A stretch of DNA of 64,000 nucleotides from Octopus vulgaris (taxonomy: Eukaryota). Each line of letters begins with the position of its first letter. The first letter of the stretch is position 1. Shown in pieces: positions 39,198-54,664 of the stretch. The position numbers and the translations under genes were made by a program. The notes under the pieces were generated by a model, which was not told the origin of the DNA, made no database searches, and saw only the letters and a list, made by a program, of their open reading frames with translations. The DNA lies in NCBI GenBank assembly GCA_951406725.2, contig OX597832.1, forward strand, positions 28,954,001 through 29,018,000. Direction: 5' to 3'.

Positions 39198-39732
39198 GTT
39201 GTCAGAGATCATGAAGAAAAAATCCTTCTAATTGATGTATCAATACCGGCAGATGACAACGTGTCTCTAAAAGAAATGGGCTACAGCAAATATTCTGCTC
39301 AATACCACAGATTTGCTTGTCAGTTGTTTGACCTAACAGTTGAGCATGTCCCTTAGTGGCTGACGATATGTGCATCTCTGATCACGAGCAGAAGTAGTGG
39401 GGGAGCATCATGGCCATGTGTTGAGAGGATTCTTTGGAGTTTGAATGGTTCACCTCTGGAAACATAGGTGTTTCGTTCAACATCCTAAAGCAACCCTTAT
39501 TCAGGGACCGTTTGAGCAGGATGGGCTACTCAACCTGAAGAAAATTCTAACTGGGCCCCACCTGCAAGGTCATGTGCTGTTTATCTTGATATGAGATCAC
39601 CATGTCGCGCACATATGGCTGTGATGCATGTGCCTGGTGTACCTTTATCAGACGGGTAGTCATGATGGGTATATTGGGCTTCGTATATTTTACCCCAGTG
39701 TCACTTTGATGGCATGAACTGCTCTCTCACTC
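39198..39732 (+). mobile_element. Chimera: R4/Dong fragment (39198-39279) fused to element G copy 3
   Basis: Same 5' breakpoint as 38731; switches at the microhomology taaaaga(a)atgg. Confidence 0.85.
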
Positions 39733-39807
<75 letters not shown>

Positions 39808-40382
39808 TCCGGTGCATTCCGTAACTTTGTGGTTCAGCAAAATAGATTAATGGAATAAATGCTAGGCTTTAAAAAATTAAGTATTGAGATCGATTCGTTC
39901 GACTAAAATGCTACAAGGCAGTGCTCCAGCATGGCCGCAATCTAGAGACTGAAACAATTAAAAGAAAACATAAAAGATATTAGAACATACTAGACGTTAT
40001 GAACAGGGAAACCATGGTTGTGATCTTTGTATTTCGGAAAAACGACTAGTTTCATTGTTACATGGGAATTCTATTTCCAACAGAAGATCAGAGTGAATAT
40101 CACTTTATCGCCAGTAATTAAAGTTTTTATTTGATTATTTGACGCCGGCAACTTAGTACAAAACTTAATGGCAACTTAGTACAAAACTGTTTCTCGCTCC
40201 AAACAAGAACGTTTTCTATCGTTAATATGTATCTCATCTTCAAATGTTTATATTTCAATTGTAAATATAAAATAACTTCATTCTCTCTGCTTTTATTGGT
40301 CGTGAATCTTTTAAATGATATATCATCATCATCATCATCGTTATTAGGATTATTATTATTATTTTACGGCAAAATTTATATC

Positions 40383-40413
<31 letters not shown>

Positions 40414-40769
40414 TATGTATATATATGCATATATATATATATATGTGTGTGTATATATAAGCATATGTATATGCATATATGTACATATATATATATGTAT
40501 ATATATGCATATATACAAATATATATGTACGTATATATACTGTATATATATATATGTATATATGTATGCGTATGTATGTATGGATTGATGGAGGGAGGGA
40601 TGGATGGGGGGATGGAGGGATATATATATAGAGAGAGAGACAGATAGACAGACAGATAGATAGATTAGAGAAAAGGAAGTAGTCAGAAGTTTTGATAATT
40701 ATTTATTTAGCGTTTTCATCTCATTTCGGAGATTCATCAGAAATGATGTTTCTACAGAAATTTTAATCC

Positions 40770-40833
<64 letters not shown>

Positions 40834-40932
40834 AGGGAAAACGTCTAGAGCTGAATTCGGAAGAGAAAGTTCTTTTTTATTTTGAATCTCTATGTGTATA
40901 TTATACATATTTGTGTGTGTTTGTGAGTGTGT

Positions 40933-40975
<43 letters not shown>

Positions 40976-41670
40976 TGTGTGCGCGGGTTCCTGCGTGTGT
41001 GTGTGTGTTTAAAGGTGTGTGTGCAGTGAATATTTGGAGGATTGGTTAGAGGAGGAAAACAGTAAAAAGAAACAAAGAAAAAAAGAGAGAAGGAGAGAAA
41101 AAAAGAAAGAATGGTTGAAATTGCATTGTGTCTTTTGGTCTGATGTCATGGTACCAAGTTGTAGAAAGAGGTCTTTTTGGGAGTTAGATGAAATTTTCTT
41201 TTGGTCATTGTATTTTTTCGTTTTGTCAGTTTTCATGTCAACCGGCGTTCGAACGTAGACTCTGTCAAAATTGTTTTCTCTCTTCTTTCCCTTTTCTCCC
41301 TCTAATCAAGCCTCAAAAAATTCACCACACATGCATATTTGCTCACACATACATACACGCGCGAGCACACGCACACACAACACACAGGCAGACAGATACA
41401 CACACACACAGACACCCACGCTTAGTTTCGAAAAGAAGAACATTCTCTTTCCAATTCAACTCGATATATATATATATATGGCATAAGTTTTCAATAAAGA
41501 ACATCATTGTAGTTTCATCTGAAGCTAGATGAAACCGCTAAATAAATTATCCAAAATTCTGACAACTTCTTTTTTCTTAATATATAAAATCTGCACACAA
41601 CTTCAGTCTATACATACATATATACATACATACATACATACATACATACATACATACATACAGACAGACA

Positions 41671-41708
<38 letters not shown>

Positions 41709-42423
41709 TACATACATACATACATATATACATACATACATACATACATACATACATACATACATACGTACATACATACATATATACATACATACATATA
41801 CATATATATATTATATATGTATTAGCGCATTACAAATATAGGGCCAAAGCAAAGATTAGACAAATGAAGACGGTTGTGAGGAATAACAAAAATAAAGACC
41901 TTAAAAAAAACGAAGAAAACGAACTAAAAGTGAGGGGACGAAAAGGGGGTGCATAGAGGGGGCAGTAAAGTAAGGCAATAAGAAATTCGAATGGTGACAA
42001 TATTTTAGTTGAGATAAAATACTTCTAAATTGGCGGCGATGGGCGTTGTAAAGGATTCTAAAGAATTGCTTTAAAAGATTTGGTCCAGTTGTTTTGGGTG
42101 TGAATCAACATTGTAAAGATTTGGGAAATATTTTTATAGAGACTGGTTTATGTGAAAATATAAAAGGAACGAGTTGTGGAGATTTAGAAAAGAAAGCAAG
42201 TCGTTTTCACAATAAACGTATCACGGTACATGAGTTCGGGATTTTAAACTAGAATCAAAATGTCGTCGTAGAAGCTTGCGTCTGCTCGTTAGGAATTCGA
42301 AGAAGCGTCTCTTACCCTCCATCTCGCTTTCTATTTCCCTCCCTTTTACACACACATGCACATATTTTCTCTCGTTCTCTCTCTCATTATTTCGTCTCTC
42401 AGCTCCACACACATGGACACCCT

Positions 42424-42467
<44 letters not shown>

Positions 42468-43050
42468 CTCTCACTTTCTCTCCCTCTCACCCCTCTCTCT
42501 CTCTCTCTCTCTCTGACGTAAAATGGCATCCGACTTGTAAATATTCATTCTTCCAACTAAAGAGACGTACTGTCGTCTGTTTGTATAGCTGGTTTCCAGA
42601 TCCTCCCGCCGGTCACTAGAGGAATCGGGAAATGACAGATGGAAAAAAAACGAGAAGGGAACGACAGCAGTTACCTAATCCCGCAGGAACTATGTAGTTC
42701 CACCATTAGCCATAGGTGGCGCTTCTTCTCTCTAAGAACTCTGTCATGTATTCTTATGTCTTGGACACCATCATTTGTTCATCTGTATAACTCAAACCCT
42801 ACTCACCTTCCAGATACACACTTTACCCCATTATGTACGTATGTATGTATGTATGTATGTGTGTGTATATATGTGTGTATGTATGTATGTATGTATGTAT
42901 GCATGCATGTGTGTGTATATACGTGTGTGTGTAAATATGTATATGTATGCATGTATATTTATAAATATATATATATATATGAAATAGCGGTGCCCCAGCA
43001 TGGCCACAGCTCAAGAGCTGAAACTGGAAAACATAAACATAAACATAAAA

Positions 43051-43089
<39 letters not shown>

Positions 43090-43144
43090 GGGAGAAAGAT
43101 GCATATAATCTGACAAATAGTTGAAAAGAGAGGGAGAGAGAGGC

Positions 43145-43227
<83 letters not shown>

Positions 43228-43638
43228 GATAAAGAGAGAGAGAGATGCAAACAATCAGACAGACAGAAATAAGGTAAAAAAAAAAAGCCAAGAAACAATG
43301 AGACATGCGCAGTGAGTACGAAGCTATTGAAAGATGGATGAAAAATCCCATTTGATAATTGTGTAAATATTGAGAAGTTAGAGTGATTTCGTGTAATGGC
43401 GTCGCCATATTTGTGTTCTCTTCGTATTTTCTGTTTCACGTCAATTAATGAATTTGCTGGAATAACAAAACGGAAATTGCCTTCTCTTAGAAGCCTTTCA
43501 CTGTTGCCAGCTTCTCTGGTAGTTAAAGGTCGGCTGTCTGAACGGTGTATATTCAATCACATATCGCTCATTGAATGTCGAGGATGTGTGCGTGTGTATG
43601 CATGCATACATTCACACACACAAAAACACGCACGCACG

Positions 43639-43688
<50 letters not shown>

Positions 43689-43700
43689 TACGTATATATA

Positions 43701-43731
<31 letters not shown>

Positions 43732-43736
43732 GATAA

Positions 43737-43774
<38 letters not shown>

Positions 43775-43842
43775 GGATAGATAGATAGATAGATGGATAG
43801 ATAGATTGATAGATAGATAGATAGATAGATATAGATAGATAT

Positions 43843-43935
<93 letters not shown>

Positions 43936-43936
43936 G

Positions 43937-43967
<31 letters not shown>

Positions 43968-44372
43968 TGAGAGATAGATTGATGAAGGTATGTATACATA
44001 TAAAAGTCTGTACATGGATAAATATATACATGAATGCCTGTGTACGTGCGTGGATATGTGTGTCTGTATTTGTGTATGCATCTATGTAAAGTGTTTATGG
44101 ATAAATGCATCCATGAATGTAAGGATGTGTATATAAATGTGTGTGTGTGTGTGTGTGTGTGTGAAAATGTTTTTAAGAATGCAATTCTAGCCTCACTGTG
44201 AACAAAGTGATTACAGTATAGTTAACAGAAAAGTGGTATCAACCAAATGGGTTTCTAGTCTTCACAGATCCTCAGCGAAGGGAAAATAAATTTCCCATGT
44301 TGTCTCTACAGAAAGATTTTTATTTTACCCTCACAGACACCGACAACGTTAAACAGGTCTAATCTGTATAGC

Positions 44373-44602
44373 GTGGAGGCTCAATGGCCCAGTGGTTAGG
44401 GCAGCGGACACGCGGTCGGAGGATCGCGGTTTCGATTCCCAGACCGGGCGTTGTGTGTGTTTATTGAGCGAAAACACCTGAAGCTCTACGAGGCTCCAGT
44501 AGGGGGTGGTGGCGACCCCTGTTGTACTCTTTTGCCCGAACTTTCTCTCACTCTTTCTTCCTGTTTCTTGAGTAACGCTGCGATGGACTGGTGTCCCGTC
44601 CA
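44373..44602 (+). mobile_element. SINE family D, 3'-truncated
   Basis: gtggaggctcaatggcccagtggttagggcagcggac...gtttcgattcc...ctgcgatggactggtgtcccgtcc. Confidence 0.85.
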
Positions 44603-45380
44603 CCGCAACACAAAAGATATCTCCCACAAATGTCGACACGCAGAAGGTCAAACTGAGCATCAACTATATCACGCTCACCAATATGGGAGAAGGCCTGAAA
44701 ATATCGATTAAACTTATAGTTTTCTCTTTCCCTGACTATCTTCTATTTCTAAACTTCTTGCATTCTTAACTGTGAAGCTCTCTGCGTACATTGAACAAGA
44801 GTTTCTTCATATGATTTCCATTACATAAGCGGTTCTCATTACAGAAGACGAAAGCAAGCAAAGTTCATTCAGTCACCACTGTTCGATTACGTAAGCGAGC
44901 TTATTTATGTTTATTTGAGTGTCTTCCATATTTTTCTTCCATTTTCTTCCCTCTAAATTAAACAGTTGCAAACAAAACCAACGAGAGAAATATTTCGCTA
45001 GATTAAACAGTTGAAGGAAAGAAAATACAATGAAACTCAATGAAAATGTCAGAGCTGTGGCAGACGATCTGTTAAAGTGTGTGTATTACATGTGCATGCG
45101 TGTGTATTATCGTCTGTGTGTGTGAGTGTGTGTTGTTGTTGTTGTTGCATCAAGCAGTCAGCTGTCATTGAAATTCCGGTGTGTGGAGAAACATATGCTG
45201 ATGACATACGAGAGGATGTATCTTGCTCTTTCGTCTCACCTTACTCGAATCTATTTTGGAGGTCGCTTAGGAAAACAGGTTGGATGAATCACAGTTCACC
45301 TAAGCGGCTTTTGAAGGCGCGCAGCGAGAGGGAAAAGAAAGAACACATTGTATTTTTGTGATTGATATATGTACTCACAT

Positions 45381-45433
<53 letters not shown>

Positions 45434-46149
45434 TGTGTGTCTGTGTGTGTGTGTCAGTCTTTCTGCCTGTCTGTCTGTCTGTCTCTCTGTATGTATTATA
45501 TATGTACGTTCATACGTATATACATACATTTGTGAGAGCGTGTGTGTGTGTGTGTATGTGTGTGTTTGTGCGTATGCATATTTGTATGTTTACACACATG
45601 CTGGCGACAGATACACATGCACACTCACAGCCCCCTACGACACACACACACATACACACACATGCACACACATGCACACAGACACACACACACACACACA
45701 CTGACATGGGCAGCAATGTTGCTCCCCGTTCTCCTGAGTTACATAATACAAAATGTCTTTGAGAAATCAGCAAAACAACCGAATGCTTTCGAAGACTGTT
45801 TTTATTGATACGTCATTAGATGACTCATTGGTTTACACACAAACACACACACAAACGGCGTTTAATTGACGTATACCTAATTACCAGTAATTATGATCAT
45901 GTTAAATTTCCATTCAGGTTTATACGGGGCTCAAAGGATAAAAACAAATTTTGAGCACCCTGCCACCTCCACCATTTGGCCCTTTTCCTTTATGAATTTC
46001 CTGATGCAGGACCTTTATATTTCGTTTATTGGTACATCTAAATAATTGTATTTCTTTGTATCTTTTAACTTCTTATAATTTAAACCTTTGTACTTTCTAA
46101 CGCCATATAAATCTACTTCCTCAAACCGTGTGCTCTCATATACCACGTT

Positions 46150-46436
46150 TTTCTATCTACCCTGTACTTTTATCTACTCTGTACTTCTATCTACCCTGTA
46201 CTTCTATCTACCCTATACGTCTATCTACCTCGGACTTCTATCTACCGTGTACTTCTATCAATCGTGTACTGTCTACTTAGTACTTCTCCCTATCGCGTAC
46301 TTATATATATCGTGTACTTCTCTTTGCTTTGTACATCTCTCTACCGCGTACTTCTATCTATTGTGTACTCCTGTCTACTTTGTACTTCTGTCTACCTTGT
46401 ACTTATGTATACCTTGTACTTCTGTCTACCTCGTAT
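46150..46436. repeat. Degenerate minisatellite of about 17-20 bp (ccctgtacttctatcta)
   Basis: Recurrent tgtacttct.tctac motif. Confidence 0.75.
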
Positions 46437-46564
46437 CTTCCAAGAACAGTAAAGACAAACCACCGCACGAATCAGCAATGGCACGCCGGATACACGAAGG
46501 AAAATAAACAATATTCCTTGAAATAAATATAAGCGTCATCCCAGTGCTGTTCAAATTTTTATTA

Positions 46565-46595
<31 letters not shown>

Positions 46596-48054
46596 AACTT
46601 TAATTGGCCCTGGGTGAGGAGAGAGTTCAAGCTATGACCGTTCTCTTTCTCTTCAGGTATAAAGTATCTTGGATTCTACAATCCGATGTGTTCTTCCTTT
46701 CGTAAGACGGTGGGGGTGTGTGATTTGAGATCGATTTGCCTATGAGGGGAGCCTTCCCACGATAGTTCGACTTACTAAACGGCTGTCTCAGAAATTATCC
46801 ATGTTGAACTCTCTAAATCTACGCGGCCGCCAAACAACATCCATCACAAACCAATTCTCGTCTGCGGGATAGTTTCGTTATCTTACAGACTAACATTCTG
46901 CTGTTTGTTTAATCATCTGGCTCTGTAACGTCGAACAATCTAGATAGAATTACCAAAGAAAATATACGAATTGTATGAAATCTAATTCTATCAAAATAGC
47001 AACAGACAATCGTTTTAAAAACAGACATTTTGAAAACAATCTCTGCTTTTTCTCACTAATTTGTTTTTATCCATTTCAAGGAAGCAATTCTTCACTCTGC
47101 TTCTACCATATTCCTTTATTTTCAAGGAAGTATTTTCTCCATAACAGAACTATCATGTTTTATCCATTTCAAGAATGTGTTTCTCCTCCTCCTCTCTCTC
47201 TCTCTCCAGCTGTTGTTGTTATAATATCTTTGTTGTTATGTTACGAAGAGTAAAAGATATGACCGGACTTCTCAGCTCTTGTATCTGCTCTTTAAAACAA
47301 AAGTCGTTTATTTCTATAATTCATTGAAACTGATTTCTTATCAATTGAAAAGTTCATTATAGTTTTCTGCATGCATGCCTAATTGTTTTGAATGAAGAGT
47401 CGCGGTGCCTTATCAATGCCGAGTGTTTATTCAGAGGGGGTATCCAGAATTTGAGTTAAGGGAATGAGTTATAATCCTTTTTGGCCTAACTTCCACTGTA
47501 ACCAGCGCTATGATTACTTTCACGAAATATTTCTGTTAATTTTGTTTAAATCACCCAAGATACGAACGAATGACATGTTTGTCATCCTCCTACACTAATT
47601 CCACCCCCAACATTCATCTTTATCTTTCAAAATGTTAAAATGTTTACATTCGACCTGAAGTAGTTCCAATACTCTCCTCTTAGGCACCAACACTTGCTAA
47701 CTATATTACGTAAGATTTGTGGAAAATAAGATGTTTAACTTTATCAAATCAAACAAACCTATATTTACCGCTATGAAGGTAAGACGTTACTATCAACGCA
47801 GCTTGTACATACCACTAATACCATGGAAGCCAGAAAAACTTGTCTCAAGGTCGAGTGGTCGGAGACTAACCCACTCCTTCTTCACTCCACACTGCTTAAT
47901 GGGTGCGCAAAGTTTGTAGACAACCAGCAAGATTAAAGATATAACCAATCAAAAAACAGAACCTCTCACGGTGAACCTAACAGCCAATCAATGCTGGAAT
48001 ACAGATAGACGTCAAGTTATGTGTCTCATATATATGCATATATGTGTATATGTG

Positions 48055-48119
<65 letters not shown>

Positions 48120-48122
<3 letters not shown>

Positions 48123-48426
48123 AGGCGCGTGGCTTAGTGGTTGGGCATCACGATCGTAAGGGCGTGAGTTCAGTTCCCGGTGACGCGTTGTGTCCTTGAG
48201 CAAGACACTTTACTTCAGTCCATTCAGCTGGCAAAAATGAGTAGTGCCTGTATTTCAAAGGGGCCAGCCTTGTCACACTCTGTGTCACGCTGAATTTCCC
48301 TGAGAACTACGTTAAGGGTATACGTGTCTGTGGAGTACTCAGCCACTTGCACATAATTTCATGAGCAAGCTGTCCCGTTGATCGTATCAGCTGGGGCCCT
48401 CGTCGTCGTAACCGACATCGTGCTCC
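48120..48426 (+). mobile_element. tRNA-derived SINE family C
   Basis: ggcgcgtggcttagtgg head, gttgtgtccttgagcaagacactt core; homologues at 50626-50945 and 51927-52622. Confidence 0.85.
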
Positions 48427-48427
48427 T

Positions 48428-48486
<59 letters not shown>

Positions 48487-49060
48487 CATGCATATATACA
48501 TACAGACATAGACAGATAGACAGACATACAGACAGACGTTTGAATATATATGTATGTATATTATATATATATATTTTTATATGTGTGTACATATATATAT
48601 GTATATGTATATAGATGTTATATATAAATATATATGCGTGTGTATGTGTGTGTGCGTGTGCGTGTATGTGTGCGTATGCGTGTGTGGTCTCGTTTAAGGA
48701 AGCGCTGTGATTGATGGATTTATCATCACTCTCCACTCAGGTGATATTTAACAAGAGACACTTCATCTGTCATATTCTATCATATTCCGTCATATTCCGT
48801 CATATTCCACCCTCTCCTGCTTTATTCCGCTCTATTCCGCTATATTCCGCTCTATTCCGTCAGTTCTACACCACATTGTGCCACCCTCACGGGCACATAA
48901 CAAACTTCTCTGCCTAAACTGAAGTTCGAAACCCAGGTGCAAATATTTACAATATCTCTTTAATGCAGAATCAGATATTTTTGTAAAAGCGTGGAATCGA
49001 TCACATTTATCCGGGTAATTGGCAGAGGTTTATTTTATATTGATTGTAGTAGTGTTGTTG

Positions 49061-49092
<32 letters not shown>

Positions 49093-49725
49093 GGTGGTTT
49101 GGTAATAATGATGGTGATGATGGTGGTGGTAGTGATGATGGCGTCGTGGTGGTGGTGGTGGTATTAGCAGCCGTAGTGGTGATAGTAAAAGTGGTGATGG
49201 AGGTGACTGCGGCGGCGGTCGTGATTTTGGTAAATGTGTAAAAAAAAAAGACCACATAGAAATGAGAAATTAAACAATAAAAGTGTGACAAAGTTAGTAA
49301 AACACATTTCCAAATATGTCGGCCATATAACCACCCACCGCCATGTTTTCATCTTTACGTCAACGTAGCGCCGCTAGGCATGCTGGGAAGAAAAGGCCTT
49401 CCTCACAAAGACGAAATAAGCAACTCCATTTATCGCCAATTTCACCGTACAAAAGCCTTGTTTAAAAATAGACTTTATATTTCAAGTGTCTGTCAAGCAG
49501 GTATTTATAACCAATCATATCTTAATAAGGCCGTTTCTGCTGTATAGATGTATATAATAAGTTACCATTCCTATTAGGCATTCAATGTATAAATGTGGGG
49601 TTGAATTTAGAGGCGACAATTGCTGTGTTTGGTGGAGATATCGTAGGAAAACTGATTGAAATTTCTAAAATTTTTTCAATGACGGATGTGAATGTATGAG
49701 GGAGTGAATGAATGTGTGTTAACGC

Positions 49726-49770
<45 letters not shown>

Positions 49771-49832
49771 TTTGCCTGATTATGTATCTATAAGTATACA
49801 TACATATATGCATACATATATATGTGTGTGTG

Positions 49833-49894
<62 letters not shown>

Positions 49895-49896
49895 TG

Positions 49897-49927
<31 letters not shown>

Positions 49928-49932
49928 ATATG

Positions 49933-49965
<33 letters not shown>

Positions 49966-49986
49966 GTATGTATGCATATACATGTA

Positions 49987-50093
<107 letters not shown>

Positions 50094-50130
50094 TATATAA
50101 TTTATCAAAATATATAAATCATTTTCCTTT

Positions 50131-50167
<37 letters not shown>

Positions 50168-50625
50168 GTGTGTGTGTGTGTAGATGTGTATAGATAAATG
50201 GACAGATAGATAGATAGATACACGCATTCACTCATACATACATGCCTATACATACATATATCTACACACACATACGTATACAGACATACATACAGACATA
50301 CATAAACACACACACACACACACACATGAATAAATTTCGTGTATTTTCCTAAAATAACAGGAATCGCGTGAGGCCAAGCGAAAATTCGCTAGAATTCTAT
50401 AACATTTCGCATCCTCTCTTCTCTTCCGGAAGTTTTTCAACAGGGTGGCACAGACAACATTTTTTTTTCCAATTATTAACATTTTTTATCACTGAATACT
50501 GTGTTTTGGGATTCACTTGGATCATCTTATTATTAACAACAGTTATTATTAATTCCCCTCCAAAATCTCATTTTGATCTCGGCCCCTTTAAAGGAGCGAC
50601 AGCTGCTCCTTTACTACGGGATAAC

Positions 50626-50945
50626 CGACATTCTGTCGGTTACGACAATGAGGCTTCCTGTTGATCTGACCAACAGAACAGCCTGCTTGTGAAATTTACA
50701 TGCATGTGGCAGAGTACTCCACAATCACATTTACCCTTAGCGTAGTTCTCAAAGAGATTCAGTGTGACACAGAATGTGACAAGGCCGGCCCTTTTGAATT
50801 GCAGATACTACTAATGTTTGTCAGCTGAGTGGCCTGGAGGAACGTGAAATAAAATGTCTTGCTCAAGGATACAACGCGCCGCCGAGAATCGAACTCACAA
50901 CGTTACGACCGTAAGCCGAATACCCTAACTATTAAACCAGGCGTA
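50626..50945 (-). mobile_element. SINE family C
   Basis: Reverse-complement homologue of 48120-48426. Confidence 0.82.
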
Positions 50946-51926
50946 TTCAATTACTACTGAACTACAGATATGGTGAACGCTGCGAGTGAGAGGTGCAATA
51001 TGTCGATTTACTAAGGATTTTATCAAAGACAAAATGAAGACGCTTCACTAAAGTGAAATACTGTAAAATCAGTGGCGGGTGGTGGATCAGCTCAATCGGA
51101 GGTTTCTGCTGCTTGTTGGAAGGGTTTTTTCGGTTTGATGTAGGATTGGGGGCTCCGAAAATCAAAGTCGATTTCTTCAGGATGTGGCCTTTAAACGAAG
51201 AAATTTAGTTTTATTGGGGAGTACAGGAAAAACAGCGATGCTGCTATTTAACTCCAGGTCAATCCTGATCTTGTAGAATTATGATCAAAGATGGTCCAAA
51301 CATAATCCTTGTTATTGAGGCAGTTTTTTCTACGAGTCCATTATCTCATGGAATCTTACCTTTCTCATGATGGTAAGGCGAGGGAGGTTTGGCTGTTATT
51401 TCTAGTATGTCCAATGACCATATAGAGGGTTTTCTTGTTGGTGAATTGGTCGTTCTTGTTTTTGTAGTAAGTCATAGTGTATCTAGGACTACATTATGCT
51501 AAATAAACACATATTTCGTACCATTTTTAAAATAGACGATTGTAGCTAGGGTGAGAAGTTTGGCTGTTATTTCTAGCGTGGAGGTTTCTCTTTGTTGATG
51601 GGGCGTGTAGTGATGCTTTGGGATAAAATACGAGGGAGTTGTAGCTGTTATTTCTAGGGGTTGAGTGAAGGCTTATGGTGATATTTTTTACCACGGTTTC
51701 GATTCTTATTTGAACCTGTTTCATTTCTTTCACGTCACCAAACTTCTGAGGATCAGCATGAACATCACCTCTTCCTGTTTCCCTTCAGTGATGCTTCTGC
51801 AAACGACATACCAATCCAGGAACCTCTATGTATTCAATGTTAGAAATAGCAGCCAAATTTACTTGAAATAACACACTATTTCCTTGAACAATGAAGACTC
51901 AATTGATAAAGTAGTCTTTGATACGA

Positions 51927-52622
51927 CTACGACAAGCGTTCCGGTTCATTTGATCAACAGAACAGCCTGCACGTGAAATTAACGCGCAAGTGGCTGAGTA
52001 CCCCACAGACACGTGTACTCTTAATGTAGTTCTCTGAGAAGTTCAGTGTGACGTAGAATGTGACAAGGCTGGACTCTTTGTAATTACGGGTACAACTCGT
52101 TTTTGCCAGCAGAAAGGACATGAGTAATCTTTATATATAAAAGTGAAGTTGTGTGTCTGTCTCCTACGATTTAGATTCCTAACTACTCCCACATTTTGCG
52201 GTGCAGTTTAACCAAAACCGGGTATCTTATAGTCGTGATTCATATCGAGCCCTTCTGGGTATTAGCGCGCGTGTACGATGAGTCTACGATTTTAAAAATA
52301 ATTTACCATCATTTTTTTCCATTTTAATGCATTTTTTCGCTATTATATAAGGGAAGTAACTCTCTAATAATGTCTACGATGAGTCAACGATTTAAAAAAA
52401 AATTTACCATAATTTTTTTTCGATTTTTAATGCATTTTTTTTTGCTATTTTTTGGCTAAAACTCTCTTAAAATGCTTATATAGTTATTTCCCTTACAAAC
52501 CCGAGCAACGCCGGGCGATACTGCTAGTGGGGAATAAAGTGTTTTGCTGAAGGACGTAACGCAGCACCCGCGAGTCGAACTCACGCCCTTGCGATCGTGA
52601 GCCGAATGTCTTAACCACTAAA
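51927..52622 (-). mobile_element. SINE family C, split by the Helitron
   Basis: The two halves rejoin as gagtaa|tggggaataaagtg, matching gaggaacgtgaaataaaatg of the intact copy at about 50837. Confidence 0.8.
52128..52527 (+). mobile_element. Non-autonomous Helitron (400 bp)
   Basis: 5' TC(TTTATATATAAAAG), 3' hairpin cccgagcaacgccggg then CTAG, inserted between A and T with no TSD; internal diverged direct repeat of about 100-bp period. Confidence 0.9.
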
Positions 52623-52820
52623 TGGATGCTGAAACGGTTGGTTTGCCTTTGATCAGAGGATTCCTAGATCAGGGCTCACTTGGTGGGGGGGGGGCAGGAA
52701 GGGAGATAAACCACAGCAGTAACAACAACAACAACAACAGCAGCAGCAACAACCAAATCGTGACGTCTTTCTGGTTATCAAAGCAATCGGTTGATATTGT
52801 CCAAAGTTATTTTCATGAGG

Positions 52821-52880
<60 letters not shown>

Positions 52881-53469
52881 AAGAGTGTGGAGGTGGCGGT
52901 GTGTGTGTGTGTGTGTGTGTGGAGGTGGTGGTGGAGGGGTTGCGGAAAGTGTGTGTTGCGGTGTTATGGCGGCGTGTTGAAGAATACGGGTGTAACGAGG
53001 TGAAGGGTGGATTGAGTAGTTTGGCATACTTTAAGGAATTGTTGACGTATTAGAGTCTGCCAGAATATGTGTGCTTGCGTGTGTGTGTGTGTGTGTGGTG
53101 GAATGCGTGTGTGTGCGTGTGTTTGTGCGCGGGATTGCTGCCATGCCATGCAAGAACTCGAACGTTCTTTGGAACTCTTTAACAATGAGTTAATCAAGAG
53201 ATAAAATCTAGAATCTAAGACAACAGTTTCGCGACTTTGGTCATTCCTTGTCTTCAGAGAGATTCTGCTCGTGTCAGCTGTTCTCGTTATTAACCAGGAC
53301 CGCTGTCAACACCACCACCACCAACACCACAACAACAACCACAACAACCATTCAACACTATGCATTACCTCCACCACAACCTCCACCACCACCACCACTA
53401 ATATCACCTCCGCCACGTAATAGTAAGCATGCCTCTCTTACTGTCTCTATCACAGTCTCTCTGTCGCTA

Positions 53470-53507
<38 letters not shown>

Positions 53508-53721
53508 TCCAATTCTCTTTCTCTTTCTTTCTCCTTGTAAAACCATGTATAAACATGCATATATATACATATTTACATATATATATATACATATATATAT
53601 AGATAGATATATATATAGATATATATATATATATATATACCTACGTATCGTATGTATATATATATGTATGTATGTATATATGTATATATGTATATATATA
53701 TATAAATATATAATATATATA

Positions 53722-53762
<41 letters not shown>

Positions 53763-54606
53763 TGTATATATATATATGTATATATATGTATATATATATG
53801 TATGTATATATATATGTGTGTATGTATATGTGTGTATGTATGTATGTATATATGCATGTATGTATGTATGTATGTATGTATGTATGTATGTATGTGTGTG
53901 TGTATGTATGTATGTATGTATGTATGTGTGTATGTATTATGTATGCATGTATGTATGTATATGTATGCACGTATGTATGTATATGCATGTATGTATGTAT
54001 GTATGTATGTATGTATGTTGGTATGTGTGTATGTATGTATGTATGTATGTATGTATGTTGGTATGTGTGTATGTATGTATGTATGTTACTCTCCAAGAAA
54101 ATTTTTTTTTTGTGAAGAACCAAAAGAACGACGAAGAATTCTTCTTCCTCTACAATTGCAGCACCATTGGAATCTGACATTATTTCATTTCCAAAGACAA
54201 CCAACAGTATTTCAGGAATTTTCCAAATAAATGCCATGTTTAGTTACCATTTTTGTGGTTTGAAACAATTCTATTTAACATGCAACATTCCGAAGATGGC
54301 AGCCATGCAAACTGTTGTCGATGTTCTTGTTGTTGTAACTGATGTCTTTGATGTTGTTGTCATCATCGTCGACGACGTCGCCTCTGTTGTTGTTGCTGTT
54401 GCTTTTGATGACGGTGGTGGTGGTGGTGGTGGTGGTGGTGGTGGTGGTGGTGGTGGTGGTGGTGACGGTGATGGTAGCAATGTTGGTGATAATGGCGAGG
54501 TTAGTCGTGGTGGTGGTGTTGGTGGTGTTTTAAAGTTGTTTCAAGTATTTCTAAGAAAAATTATATTATCTTGGAAAGGAAATAGTGACAGATATGAGAG
54601 AATGGA

Positions 54607-54664
<58 letters not shown>

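Noticed and set aside
53211-53265. Hammerhead-like motif on the minus strand (CTGAAGA...GAAActgttgTC)
   Set aside because: Stem II does not close at the core and stem I has two mismatches next to the cleavage site; at best a heavily decayed relic.
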